NCBI GenBank assembly: GCA_029262065.1
Contig: JAJDAC010000031.1
Span: 1-64,000, forward strand
DNA length: 64,000 bases
Direction of reading: 5' to 3'
Source of the DNA: Candidatus Krumholzibacteriota bacterium
Lineage (GTDB): Bacteria > Krumholzibacteriota > Krumholzibacteriia > JAJRXK01
Part shown: positions 33,078 through 43,147 of the stretch, piece after piece
Position numbering within the stretch: the stretch's first letter is position 1
Layout of the letters: each line of letters starts with the position of its first letter
Notes under the pieces: generated by a model
The model's database searches: none
The model's input: only the letters and a program-made list of their open reading frames with translations
Told to the model about the DNA's origin: nothing
Program-made: the position numbers and the translations under genes

Positions 33078-35717
33078 ATGAATTCAATCGCACTGCGCTG
33101 TCTTCTGGCGGCCACCTGTCTGTTCTTGTCGATGCCCGTGTCGTCGGTGCTTGCCTTGGACGAAGGCGATGCCTTTCGCCTGGGCGTGGACGTGGTTCCT
33201 ATCCACCAGGCGGTCGAGCTGAAGCTCGATCCCGAGGCCTACGATTACGCTGGCGTCACGGTCATTTCCCTGTCGGTGGTCAGCGAAGTGACAAGTTTCC
33301 GGCTTCATTCCCAGGGCCATGATCTTGGCGAGGTTGCGCTGAAGGGGCCCGCCGGCGCGATCGCCGTAACCTACGAAACCGGCGAGGGCGACCTGCTCAA
33401 GATCACTCCGTCGGTGGCGATGGCTCCGGGCTCGTACGAGCTGAGGATCTCGTTCTCGGCCGAATACCAGACCGACGCCGAGGGTTTGTATCGGGTCGTC
33501 AGTGACGGCACGGGCTACCTGTTCACGCAGTTCGAAGCGACCGACGCCCGTGCCGCGTTTCCCTGCTTTGACGAGCCGCGTTTCAAGCTACCGTTCGATA
33601 TGCTGGTGCGGGCGCCGGTGGGCAACATGGTGGTGGCGAATACGCCGGTTGTCGACGAGCAGGAGACCGACGGTTGGGTGTCCGTGAAGTTCGCGACGTC
33701 CAAGCCGTTGCCCAGTTACCTGGTGGCCTTGGCGGTGGGTCCGCTCGAGGCCGTGCCCATTCCGGGGATGTCGGTGCCGGGCAATGTCATCACCACCAAG
33801 GGCCAGTCGCATCTGGCCGCCGCCGCCGTGGCGAGTACGCCGCCGCTGTTGGAGGCGCTCGAAGAGTACTTCGGTCGACCGTATCCGTACGCCAAGCTCG
33901 ACCTCATTGCGGTTCCGGAGTTCTGGCCGGGCGCCATGGAGAACGCCGGCGCGATCACCTACCGCGATGGAATTCTACTGGTGGATGAAGACGCCGCCAG
34001 TCTGTCCCAGCTTCGGAACCTGGCCCAGGTTACCGCGCATGAGTTGGCGCATCAGTGGTTTGGCAACCTGGTCACCATGGAATGGTGGGACGATCTGTGG
34101 CTGAACGAGTCGTTTGCCACCTGGATCGGCGTGAAGATGACCGATCAGGTGTTTCCCGAGTACGCCATGGACATCACGAACGTGAGTGGAACCATGCGGG
34201 CCATGTCCACCGACTCACGTGTCAAGACGCGGGCCATTCGTCAGCCCGTACACGCGCTGGACAACATGCTGCAATCGGCCGATGCCTTGGCGTACCAAAA
34301 GGGAGCGGCCGTGCTGGGGATGTTCGAGGAGTTCGTGGGCGAAGAGAAATTTCGCGACGGTGTCCTGCGCTACGTCGAGAACAACGCCTGGAAGAATGCC
34401 ACCGCCGACGATCTCTGGGCGGGACTCAGCGAAGCCACGGGGATTGCCATTGGCGACGCCATGTCCACGTTCGTGGATCAGGCGGGCGTTCCCACCGTCG
34501 ACGTGTCGGTCTTGGGCGATGGCAAGATCGAGTTCCGCCAACGCCGGTTCCTCAAGTACGGCGCGAAAATCGACGGCCCCGCGCAGCAGTGGCACTTGCC
34601 CGTGGTGTACCGCTACTCCGATGGGAAGCAGCAGCGCACCGAGCGCGTGATGCTGCAGGGCGAAAGCACCATCGTGGAGTTGCCCGGCGGCGTCACCCCG
34701 CACTGGGTGCATCCCAACGCGGACGAGAAGGGCTACTACCATTGGAGTGTGGCTCCGGACATGTTGATGACCATGATCGATGCGGGAGCCGAGGCGCTGA
34801 CCTTGCGCGAACGAATGGCTCTCGTAGGCCATACGGCGGCGTTGCTCGACGCCGGAGCCATTGGCGGTGGCGACTTCCTGCGCGCCATGGGCAAGCTCGC
34901 CAGCGACCAACGTCCCGAGGTGATTTCTTCGCTTCTGGGTGCTCTGGGTAAGGTCAGGTTCGCTTTCATTACCAACGATCAACGCGACAACTTCGCCAGC
35001 TATGTCCGCAACATGTTGGCGCCGGCCGTGGATCGTTTTGGTCTCTCGGCGCGTGACGGCGAGAGCGAGGCCGTGAAGTTGTTGCGCCCCGCCCTCATTA
35101 CGTGGGTGGGTGTGCATGGAGCCGACGCATCGGTGCGTCGCTACGCACGCGAGGTGGCCGACAAGTACCTGGACGACCCCACTTCCGTCGACGCGCAGGT
35201 GGCGTCATCGTGTCTTCGCGTGGCGGCGGTGGAAGGTGATTGGGCGCTGTACAATCGCTACCGCAAGAGTTTCGAGGCGGCCACGGTACCCGCCGATCGC
35301 AGTCGGTACCTGGGCGCGCTGGGATACTTCGGCAAGGAATCAATGGCCAAGGCATCGTTGCGGTACGCACTGGAGGGTCCGACGCGGCCGCAGGAGATGT
35401 TCTCGGTAATCCAGGGAATTCCCACCGTGATGGGCGAAACGAGCATGCTGTACGAATGGATGACCCAGAACTACGGTGCCATCCGCGAGAAGATCCCCGA
35501 AATGATGGCGATCTACATGCCGTACTTTGCCACCAGCTGTTCGCGCGAGCGGTTGGCGGCGGCCGAGATCTTCTTCGCCGATCCCGAGCATTCAGTCGTG
35601 GGGCAGGACAAGGAACTAGCGAAGGTGGGCGAAGACATCCAGGATTGCGCCGGCCTGCGTGATCGCGAAGGCGAGACCGTCGCCGCGTTCCTGGCCCAGT
35701 TCGGCGGTTCGCGTTAG
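33078..35717 (+). CDS. pepN: M1 family aminopeptidase N, secreted.
   Basis: GAMENAG exopeptidase motif. HELAHQWFGNLVTMEWWDDLWLNESFA is the zinc HEXXH-(18)-E site. Signal peptide MNSIALRCLLAATCLFLSMPVSSVLA. 879 aa. Confidence 0.9.
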   Translation: MNSIALRCLLAATCLFLSMPVSSVLALDEGDAFRLGVDVVPIHQAVELKLDPEAYDYAGVTVISLSVVSEVTSFRLHSQGHDLGEVALKGPAGAIAVTYETGEGDLLKITPSVAMAPGSYELRISFSAEYQTDAEGLYRVVSDGTGYLFTQFEATDARAAFPCFDEPRFKLPFDMLVRAPVGNMVVANTPVVDEQETDGWVSVKFATSKPLPSYLVALAVGPLEAVPIPGMSVPGNVITTKGQSHLAAAAVASTPPLLEALEEYFGRPYPYAKLDLIAVPEFWPGAMENAGAITYRDGILLVDEDAASLSQLRNLAQVTAHELAHQWFGNLVTMEWWDDLWLNESFATWIGVKMTDQVFPEYAMDITNVSGTMRAMSTDSRVKTRAIRQPVHALDNMLQSADALAYQKGAAVLGMFEEFVGEEKFRDGVLRYVENNAWKNATADDLWAGLSEATGIAIGDAMSTFVDQAGVPTVDVSVLGDGKIEFRQRRFLKYGAKIDGPAQQWHLPVVYRYSDGKQQRTERVMLQGESTIVELPGGVTPHWVHPNADEKGYYHWSVAPDMLMTMIDAGAEALTLRERMALVGHTAALLDAGAIGGGDFLRAMGKLASDQRPEVISSLLGALGKVRFAFITNDQRDNFASYVRNMLAPAVDRFGLSARDGESEAVKLLRPALITWVGVHGADASVRRYAREVADKYLDDPTSVDAQVASSCLRVAAVEGDWALYNRYRKSFEAATVPADRSRYLGALGYFGKESMAKASLRYALEGPTRPQEMFSVIQGIPTVMGETSMLYEWMTQNYGAIREKIPEMMAIYMPYFATSCSRERLAAAEIFFADPEHSVVGQDKELAKVGEDIQDCAGLRDREGETVAAFLAQFGGSR

Positions 35718-37318
35718 CGAGTATTGATCCGGCGTGGCGGCGTCTGGGGCACGATCCACACGTAGAGTCCGGCTGGTCGGCCTTGGACCCATTCCAATTG
35801 GTCCACGGTCGGCCTCGCTACGTACGCCTGAAGCCACGTGAAGTCGGGCGCCTGCCACCGCAGGCGCCGACCCGTGGCCGGCCACGCGCGTTGCCCCAGG
35901 AATATCGGCCAATCTCCTTCGACCGGGCCCAGCCCGCCCGCGGTGCTGGTCAGATTCAACCGAACCGCGCGTGGGCTGGGGTCGGCCAGCACCTTCCACT
36001 GCACCCGCTGGCCATCGCCCATCAGTTCGTTGTTTTCTGCGCCGCCCCGGGTTCGCGCGTCGGTTTCCGGTAGGGGGCAGAGCAACTCGCGCGGCGTGTC
36101 GCTACCCACGACGCAGAGTTGCAACTCCAGATTGTCGCCCCAGGCGACGGTCGGCAGCTGCTTGCGCAGGGCCTGAATGGGGGCCCGCTGAAGGTTGGCC
36201 AGGTTCTCGTGTTCGTCGGGGTCCCACGTGCGATCGAACAACATCGCCGGACCGCGCGTCGGTGAGACGAGCGAGAACGTGGATGTGCGCCACGCCATCG
36301 CCGCCGACGCGGGGCGCGGATCAACCGTGAAGACATCGGCGGTTGGTGCGAGCGGCGCCGCGTCGAGGGCTCGGGCGAACCAGCCCAGGTCGGCGCCATC
36401 GGGCGGAGCGAACGAAGTGCCGGCCACGCGAACGAACATGGGAACCCGATGTGAATCGCTGCTCAATGGAGTTCCCCGGTCGGGTCCGCGCAGCGCCGTG
36501 ACCACCAGGGCCAATCGTGGGTCGACATCGGGTGTTTCCAGGGCTCTCAGCCATCCCGTCATCAAGGAGTCGTTGAAGGCGTGCGCAGCGGTTTCAAGCC
36601 AGGTCGCGGTTGCATCGCGCAGGTTGGCCAATGCATCGCCGTTCATTGTCGCGGCCCGCTCGACGCGAAGCAGGTGACCGCGTTGGAGTCGCTGGAGGTC
36701 GATCATCCGATCGCCACCCTGCCACGGCTGGGGGTCGTAGGCGGGTAACCAGCGCCGCGGAATGTCAAACGGCGCTACCAGTGCATCGCTGGCCACGACA
36801 AACACCGATGGACTCTGCGCCGCGATGATCTGCCGCAGATGTCTCTCGATGCGGCGCGCGTTCTCGATCGGATCGCCGGCCAACGTTTCCCAGGAGGCGA
36901 AGCTGGCGACGTCGAGCGGCGGGTTCGAGGTATTGGCTTCACCCATGACGTGGATCTGAAATCCGTGACGTATCAGTCCCGTGACTCCCCGCGCGGCCGG
37001 CTCGACGTTCCATCCATCGAGGGGGGAGGCGCCGGTCAGGAGTTGCGCCAGGCCCGAGGCGGGCAGAGGCGACCCCGACCAGACCAACGGCACCGGTTCG
37101 GTGGGACGGACAATACGCATCAGGTTGGGCATGAGTGGTTCACCCTCCGCGGTGGTGGGGGCGACCAGGTCAGACTGCAATCCGTTGAGGGCAACGACCA
37201 CCAGAAGTGGCCGGCTCGATTGCCGCCAGCGGTCCAGCGCGGAAACCATGGATTCCTGTGCCTGCGCGTGGGCCGCGCCGCCGGTCAGGACAGAGATCGC
37301 GAGCAGGTACCTGGCCAT
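35714..37318 (-). CDS. Secreted hypothetical protein, possibly alkaline-phosphatase-superfamily (nucleotide pyrophosphatase/phosphodiesterase-like).
   Basis: Preferred start ATG 37318 (MARYLLAISVLTGGAAHAQA signal peptide). LLVVVALNGLQSDL...EPLMPNLMRIV resembles the PF01663 N-terminal block but has Asn in place of the metal-ligand Asp. Low confidence. Confidence 0.4.
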   Translation of the reverse strand: MARYLLAISVLTGGAAHAQAQESMVSALDRWRQSSRPLLVVVALNGLQSDLVAPTTAEGEPLMPNLMRIVRPTEPVPLVWSGSPLPASGLAQLLTGASPLDGWNVEPAARGVTGLIRHGFQIHVMGEANTSNPPLDVASFASWETLAGDPIENARRIERHLRQIIAAQSPSVFVVASDALVAPFDIPRRWLPAYDPQPWQGGDRMIDLQRLQRGHLLRVERAATMNGDALANLRDATATWLETAAHAFNDSLMTGWLRALETPDVDPRLALVVTALRGPDRGTPLSSDSHRVPMFVRVAGTSFAPPDGADLGWFARALDAAPLAPTADVFTVDPRPASAAMAWRTSTFSLVSPTRGPAMLFDRTWDPDEHENLANLQRAPIQALRKQLPTVAWGDNLELQLCVVGSDTPRELLCPLPETDARTRGGAENNELMGDGQRVQWKVLADPSPRAVRLNLTSTAGGLGPVEGDWPIFLGQRAWPATGRRLRWQAPDFTWLQAYVARPTVDQLEWVQGRPAGLYVWIVPQTPPRRINTR

Positions 37319-37331
37319 GCGCGATCGCGCG

Positions 37332-39581
37332 TCAGTTCGCATAGCCCAACGCCTTCAGTTTTTCCTGGGCCGCCGGACTCAAGCGCGTGGCCGTGGTGGC
37401 GGGGGTTGTGGTGGTCACCAGCGCCGAGTCGGCGATGGCAACCAGTCGCGCCACGCGATCGGGCTGTAGATCGGATAGGTCTTGGACCTCCAGCGAATCC
37501 GAAAGGGCGAACAATTCGAGTCCCGTCGTGCCCGGTACCGGATCCAGCGTGCGGATGAGTTTGAATCCCCCGAGGATCACCGCCTGCTTGGGTCCGTGGC
37601 CGGCGAATCCACCGCTGCCCTCACTGCCGTAGCTCACCGCGAGCACCGGTCGTTCGTCATCAATGGGCTGCAGGAGATTGCGGCCAGGTAGATCGCCGTG
37701 GTCCAGGCCTACCGCGCCCAGCACCGTCGGAGCCACGTCTATCAGAGAGACCGGGCTGACCACGGTGCGCGGCTTTGAGCGGTCGGGCAGGTACATCGCC
37801 AACGGCACATGGATGAGTTCGTTGTAGAGCCCTTGCCCGTGTTTCAGGTATCCGTGATCCAGGAACTCCTCGCCGTGGTCGGAAGTTACGACCACCACGG
37901 TGTTCTCCAGGGGAAGCGAATCGATGAGACGCGCGATCCAGAGGTCGGTGTAGGCGACCTCGCCGTCGTACAGTCCGCGCAGGTGGTCCATGTCGCGTTG
38001 ATCGGGTGTGAAGTCGGTGCGGACGCCGTCGTCGAACATGCGCTTGCGGGTGGGGTTCACGCGACCGGCGAGGATGGTCGATTCCACGGCCGGGTCCGTA
38101 TCCACGAATCGATGCGTGTGCGGTGGTGGCGCCTGGTAGCGGTCGTGTGGATCGAAGTAGTGTACGTACAAGAAGAACGGCGCGTCGCCTTCGTTCAACC
38201 ATTCCCTTGCGTAGGTTGTCACGCGGCGTGCTCCGTAGACCTGGGGCACGTCGAAGGTTCGCGTGTCGAAGCAGTCGAAGCCGCGCGCGAACCCTTCGTC
38301 CGGCGACACGATCAGGTTGTTGCTTACCGCTCCGGTTCGATATCCCGCGTCCTTGAATCTCTCGGCGATCAAGCGGATGCCCGGACGGAACCGGCTGAGT
38401 CCCAGGGTAGCCGTGCCCAGACCGTGATCGGCGGGAAGCAAGCCCGTGAGTAGCGATCCAGTGCTGGGGTGCGTCCACGGCGCGGTTGCGAAGGCGCGCT
38501 CGAACACCGTGCAGCGCCGGAAGAATTCATCCAAGTGAGGACTGGTGGCGCGATCGCGGCGGTAGCGGCCCAGGGCGTCACGTCGCAGCGTGTCGACGAC
38601 CAGCACCACCACGTTGGGGGCGGGCGGCTCGACGCCATCGATGCGTGGAGCGCCAAACCAGGCCACTTGGTCCGACGGCTCGATCCGCGATTCGAAAGGT
38701 GCCGTGCGCGGCGGTTGGGCTTCGACCGCGAAGCGAAGATCCACCGTCTGCCCGCTCCACGCCGACAGGTCGACGCTCGCCGTACGCCACGGCCCGGAGG
38801 GGCCCGCCACCACGTACCTTTGCCATGCGCGAGTTGGTGTCCCGTGGCCATCGTCGACATCGAGGGCCATGAACGCGGATTGCCGCGGCACTCCTGTTCC
38901 GAACGAGAGACGCGCGCCGGAAGGCAACTCGACGCGCCAGACGGCCGACACGCCCGCACGAACTTCCAACACCCGCCGCGTGCGGGCGTCCACCTCAACG
39001 GTGCGCGCGCGCGCCGACGCGTTGGTGGTGACGCGGGTCGACGCCAAAGCAACTTCCCCGGCTTCCCCCGTGGGAGGAAACACTTCGATCGATTCGATCG
39101 GGTGGGTCCACACGACGTCACGCCCCAGATCGGCCGCCAGGTTCAGCCATTCTCCCGGCTGAGCCACGGCGGCCAGTGATGTGATGGCGGTGGGTTGCCC
39201 AGGCGCGGTCAGCCCGATCTGCCATAGACCTTCACCGGCGCTACGCACGCGCACATTGAGACTCTCGACGGAGCCTTGGGCCGCCTTGGGCAAGGGGATC
39301 GTCCAGTAGCCCTGGTCAGGGTCCAGGGCCAGCGCCCGTCGAATCTGGCCCTGGTCGAACTCCTGCAAACCCACGGCCCTGGCGTTGGACAATGCCCAGG
39401 ATGTCGTGGCCGTGTCGCCGAGGGCGGCTTGCGTGCGCCAGGGATGCCTCAGGAGGTCGATTCGGCGCCCGGCGAGAATGGGGTCGGCGACCGGTTTCCC
39501 GGCCTGATCGCAGGCGACCTGCGCCGACAGCAGAAGCGCGAGGAAGCCGGCCTGGAGGGCTCGGATTGAGGTGCCAGTCAT
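37332..39581 (-). CDS. Sulfatase-family (PF00884) hydrolase/transferase with a ~300-aa N-terminal extra domain. The nucleophile position is Thr/Ser rather than Cys.
   Basis: NVVVLVVDTLRRD, FTGLLPADHG-like PWTHPSTGSLLTGLLP and VVVTSDHGEEF are sulfatase-fold blocks. The C-x-P-x-R formylglycine motif is replaced by T-H-P-S-T, so it is more like the phosphotransferase members (LtaS/EptA-type) than a true arylsulfatase. Confidence 0.75.
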   Translation of the reverse strand: MTGTSIRALQAGFLALLLSAQVACDQAGKPVADPILAGRRIDLLRHPWRTQAALGDTATTSWALSNARAVGLQEFDQGQIRRALALDPDQGYWTIPLPKAAQGSVESLNVRVRSAGEGLWQIGLTAPGQPTAITSLAAVAQPGEWLNLAADLGRDVVWTHPIESIEVFPPTGEAGEVALASTRVTTNASARARTVEVDARTRRVLEVRAGVSAVWRVELPSGARLSFGTGVPRQSAFMALDVDDGHGTPTRAWQRYVVAGPSGPWRTASVDLSAWSGQTVDLRFAVEAQPPRTAPFESRIEPSDQVAWFGAPRIDGVEPPAPNVVVLVVDTLRRDALGRYRRDRATSPHLDEFFRRCTVFERAFATAPWTHPSTGSLLTGLLPADHGLGTATLGLSRFRPGIRLIAERFKDAGYRTGAVSNNLIVSPDEGFARGFDCFDTRTFDVPQVYGARRVTTYAREWLNEGDAPFFLYVHYFDPHDRYQAPPPHTHRFVDTDPAVESTILAGRVNPTRKRMFDDGVRTDFTPDQRDMDHLRGLYDGEVAYTDLWIARLIDSLPLENTVVVVTSDHGEEFLDHGYLKHGQGLYNELIHVPLAMYLPDRSKPRTVVSPVSLIDVAPTVLGAVGLDHGDLPGRNLLQPIDDERPVLAVSYGSEGSGGFAGHGPKQAVILGGFKLIRTLDPVPGTTGLELFALSDSLEVQDLSDLQPDRVARLVAIADSALVTTTTPATTATRLSPAAQEKLKALGYAN

Positions 39582-39736
39582 CGTGGATCCAAGCGCCAGC
39601 GTATCGGGAAAACGAAGCCTCGACTATCCTATGGGAGCGGGGCAGCATCGGGCCGCCCCTAGAATAGCGAACCCGGAGCCCAACCCGGAGGACTGTCTTG
39701 AGCTTTCCGAATACGCCGCCCGAGCGCTTTGCGACC

Positions 39737-40417
39737 ATGCCGCCACGCGCCGAGCCCATAACCCACAGCGGCTTCATGCAGGCCGTCTACAGTTGGATGA
39801 GTGTGGGGCTGTTGTTGACGGCCGTGACTGCGTTCTGGGTCATGAACAACGAGTCGATTCTGGGTGCGTTGTACGGCAATCGCCTGTTGTTCTACGGACT
39901 GCTGGGAGCCGAGCTGCTCATGGTCGTGGCGTTCACGGCCCTTTTGAACCGGGTATCCATGACCGTGGCCGCGGCGATGTTCCTGGGGTATTCGCTGCTG
40001 AACGGGATAACCATGGCGGCGATCCTGTTCCTCTATACACAGTCATCGGTGGCCTCCACGTTCTTCGTGACCGCGGGGACCTTCGGGGCCATGAGCATCT
40101 ACGGTTACACCACCAAGCGTGACCTGACGCGGCTGGGGTCGCTGCTGTTCATGGCGCTCATAGGTATTATCCTGGCCTCGGTGGTGAACTTCTTCTTGAA
40201 GAGCACGGCCATCTACTGGATCACGACCTACGTTGGGATCCTCATTTTCGTGGGACTCATTGCGTATGATACGCAGAAGCTGCGCGAGATTCACGAGTCC
40301 GGGCGCGCTCAGGGCGAACAGGGGGGCAAGCTGGCACTTCGGGGTGCGCTGGCCCTCTACCTCGATTTCATCAATCTGTTCCTGCTGTTGCTTCGCGTGA
40401 TGGGCAAGCGCCGCTAG
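39737..40417 (+). CDS. Bax-inhibitor-1/YccA family membrane protein.
   Basis: 7-TM BI-1 pattern ending ...DTQKLREIH...ALALYLDFINLFLLLLRVMGKRR. The track start TTG 39698 adds 13 aa; the first ATG is at 39737. Confidence 0.8.
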   Translation: MPPRAEPITHSGFMQAVYSWMSVGLLLTAVTAFWVMNNESILGALYGNRLLFYGLLGAELLMVVAFTALLNRVSMTVAAAMFLGYSLLNGITMAAILFLYTQSSVASTFFVTAGTFGAMSIYGYTTKRDLTRLGSLLFMALIGIILASVVNFFLKSTAIYWITTYVGILIFVGLIAYDTQKLREIHESGRAQGEQGGKLALRGALALYLDFINLFLLLLRVMGKRR

Positions 40418-40510
40418 GCCTTGCGGCCCGCTGACGGGGCGATTAGTAGTGTAGACTTGATCCGCGGCGCGGTTGCGTCGCGGCATCGGAAAACCAGCTA
40501 GGAGATCAAC

Positions 40511-40942
40511 ATGCCTTACGATCCGGCTCTTGTTGAGCCCATGCGCAACGAACTCACCGGCCTGGGCGTCCAGGAACTCCTGACCTCGGGTGAGGTCGAC
40601 GAGTTCATGTCCCAACAGGACGGGACGTCATTCTTGATCGTCAACTCGGTGTGCGGTTGTGCCGCCGGTCAGGCGCGTCCCTCGGTGGGTCTGGCGCTGG
40701 AAAGCGCCGTGAAGCCGACGCGGGTGGCCACCGTTTTTGCCGGCCAGGACCTCGAGGCCACGGCCAAGGCCCGGGGCTACTTCGCTGAGTTCCCGCCCTC
40801 GAGCCCTTCGATGGTCTTGTTCAAGGACGGCGAAATCGTGCACTTCGTGCCCCGCCATCGTATCGAGTCGCGGGACGCCGCCTCGATCGCCGAAGAACTG
40901 AAGCAGGCGTTCGAAAAGTTCTGCGCGCCGGTTACGAACTAG
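40511..40942 (+). CDS. YphP/YqiW (DUF1094) bacilliredoxin-like thiol-disulfide oxidoreductase.
   Basis: 143 aa with an NSVCGCAAG (CGC) active-site motif in a thioredoxin-like context (FLIVNSVCGCAAG...VATVFAGQD). Confidence 0.65.
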   Translation: MPYDPALVEPMRNELTGLGVQELLTSGEVDEFMSQQDGTSFLIVNSVCGCAAGQARPSVGLALESAVKPTRVATVFAGQDLEATAKARGYFAEFPPSSPSMVLFKDGEIVHFVPRHRIESRDAASIAEELKQAFEKFCAPVTN

Positions 40943-40943
40943 C

Positions 40944-41222
40944 ATGGGAACCTTCCATCACGACAAGGGCGAGCTGCACGGTATTACCGTGGCCGTCGAC
41001 ACCAACGGACCCGAAGTGTACGTGGGTCGATGCGACACCGCCGACGACCAACATATCGTGTTGCTCGACGTGGACGTTCACGCCGAAGGAAACGACGGCC
41101 GGTCCAAGCAGGAGTACCTGAAGCGGGCCGCCCAGTTCGGCGCCTGGAAGAAACACGATCGAATCGTCTTGCCGATGGACCAGGTGGCTTCGGTCCGTCG
41201 GCTCGGAGACTTCGAAGTCTAG
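40944..41222 (+). CDS. Hypothetical small protein.
   Basis: 92 aa, globular composition. It starts 1 nt after the bacilliredoxin-like stop. No family recognised. Confidence 0.4.
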   Translation: MGTFHHDKGELHGITVAVDTNGPEVYVGRCDTADDQHIVLLDVDVHAEGNDGRSKQEYLKRAAQFGAWKKHDRIVLPMDQVASVRRLGDFEV

Positions 41223-41228
41223 CCGCCG

Positions 41229-43031
41229 ATGCTCTCCGCCCGCGGTCCTGGCGTCGTTCGGTGGCTGGTTACCACCGCGCCCGGACTCACCCTGGTGTCG
41301 TTGCTGGTGCACCTGGCTGGTTGGTTCCTGTGGGGCCGCGGCCTGGCACCGCGATACGACGAGGTGGAGTACTTCGAGCGATCGAAGGCCCTGGCGACGC
41401 TGTTGAGGGCGTGGCTGTCGGGTTCGATCGTCGAGCCCACGCTCTGGCTTGATTTCTACGGGCTGGGCGAATGGCCTCCGGCAAACCAGGCCGCGCAGGC
41501 GCTGATGCAGGTGGTGTTCGGCATCGGCCGCGATGTCGCGCGCCTGGCGCCGACGTTGGCGGCATCGGTTACGACCGGCGTGGTGTACCTGGTTACGAGG
41601 CGCGTGGCGACTCCGGCGGCCGCCGTGGTCGCGGCCTGGATGCACGTGCTGCACCCCACCTTTCTCGCCTACGCCCACTACCTGTGGAGCGAGACCCTCT
41701 TCGTACTGTTCATCCTGTTGTTGGCCCTGGTGTGGTTGCGGTGGCGAGAGCAGCCGGAATCGTTGGTGCGGGCCGCATGGGTGGGCTTCGTGTTGGGACT
41801 GGCGGCACTCACGCGGGTTACCGCGCTACCACTCATGGTCGCGGTGCCGGCGTGGTCACTGGTTCGACACCGGCAGTGGCGCGGGGCCGCGGTGGTCGTG
41901 TTGTTGGCGGTATTGACCATTGCTCCGTGGCAGCGTGCGTTGATGCAGCGCGAGCGTGGCCCGGTTCTTCTTTCGAGCGCGGCGTGGTCCAACATCTGGA
42001 TCGCAAACCACGACGGAGTGCCCGACGGACTGGGTTCATCGTGGAGCCACGCCGAGTCGCGCGACCCCGCGTTGGGACACATCGTCCAGTTGGCGCAGGA
42101 TCGTTCGGTTTCGAAGGACGCGGTGGCGCGCGAGCTCTCGATCAGGACCATTGCCAAGTCTCCCGCCAAATTCCTGCGCCGGTGCGGGCTCCGGGTCGGC
42201 ACGTTGTTGTCCTCCAATTTCTTCACGCTGCGGCATTTCGTGGTGGTGGCCTACCCGCCTACCTCCGGCGCGGTAGTAGTGGGAGTCTGGTTCCTTCAGT
42301 TGCTGGCGCACGTTGCTTTATTCGCCCTGGCCGTCTGGGGTACCTGGGTGGGTGGAGTCCGTGAGCGCGGGACCCTATGGTCGGTGGTGTTCTTCCTGGC
42401 CGTACCGGGTTTGGTGTCCATTTCGTTCTCGCGCCTGAATGTTCCCATGCAGGCGATACTGCTACCGATGGCCGCGTGGGGTGCGCTTCACCTGCGGCGG
42501 CCGACGTCGCGGCCGCGCAAGCGGGTGTTGGGTGGAGTCGCGGCGGCGCTCCTGGTCTTGTCGGTGCTTACGCTGCGCACCGTCGTACGCGTGTACCTGG
42601 CCCCGTCTTCCGCGCATGCAGGCTGGCTCGAACCCGTGTCCCGCGGTTTGAACGTCGACCTTCGCTACGTGGACCGATTCGAGTTGCGGGCTGTGAATCC
42701 GCACGTGCCGCCGCAGGTCGAGGTGACGGTAGAGACCGTGGGTTTCGGCTTTGCCGAGGGGCGCGGCGTGGATCGCCAGCCGTGGCAGGTGCCCAAACGC
42801 GTGCGAACCCCAACCACGTTCGACGTTCTGGCCCAGGACCCGGCGGGCCCTCTGGTGGTGGGGTTGGCGTTGCGGGGCCGGCCGCAGTCGGGGGGCCAAA
42901 TTGAGCTGTGTCGCCCCGAGCGGTGGCGGCGGTGGACGGACACGCCGCTTCAGGGCGTGCAGATTCGCTGGATGGGGGCCCAGACGCGGCCGCCGGTCGA
43001 CATTCCCCTGCGCCTGCGATCGCAACCCTGA
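41229..43031 (+). CDS. GT-C fold membrane glycosyltransferase (ArnT/PMT, GT39/83-like).
   Basis: 600 aa. The N-terminal ~430 aa have about 11 TM helices and a conserved early loop (RGLAPRYDEVEYFERS...). The C-terminal part is a soluble periplasmic domain. Confidence 0.55.
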   Translation: MLSARGPGVVRWLVTTAPGLTLVSLLVHLAGWFLWGRGLAPRYDEVEYFERSKALATLLRAWLSGSIVEPTLWLDFYGLGEWPPANQAAQALMQVVFGIGRDVARLAPTLAASVTTGVVYLVTRRVATPAAAVVAAWMHVLHPTFLAYAHYLWSETLFVLFILLLALVWLRWREQPESLVRAAWVGFVLGLAALTRVTALPLMVAVPAWSLVRHRQWRGAAVVVLLAVLTIAPWQRALMQRERGPVLLSSAAWSNIWIANHDGVPDGLGSSWSHAESRDPALGHIVQLAQDRSVSKDAVARELSIRTIAKSPAKFLRRCGLRVGTLLSSNFFTLRHFVVVAYPPTSGAVVVGVWFLQLLAHVALFALAVWGTWVGGVRERGTLWSVVFFLAVPGLVSISFSRLNVPMQAILLPMAAWGALHLRRPTSRPRKRVLGGVAAALLVLSVLTLRTVVRVYLAPSSAHAGWLEPVSRGLNVDLRYVDRFELRAVNPHVPPQVEVTVETVGFGFAEGRGVDRQPWQVPKRVRTPTTFDVLAQDPAGPLVVGLALRGRPQSGGQIELCRPERWRRWTDTPLQGVQIRWMGAQTRPPVDIPLRLRSQP

Positions 43032-43147
43032 CGGCCGTCGTTCGGAGCTATCTGCTTGAGGCGCTTTCAGTTCCGGAGCATACTCGCGGCGGCCGGATTT
43101 TCCGGACCTGACGCTGTGATTCCGCTCCTCCGCCCGCGTCTACTGGT

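Noticed and set aside
35714-39581. Link between the AP-like/sulfatase pair and the distant TatD/HEAT pair as a split ebo cluster (eboF plus eboAB).
   Set aside because: The genes are about 20 kb apart, on a different arrangement, and no UbiA/DHQS-like/TIM-barrel ebo genes are present. The similarity of the 35714-37318 protein to PF01663 is weak.
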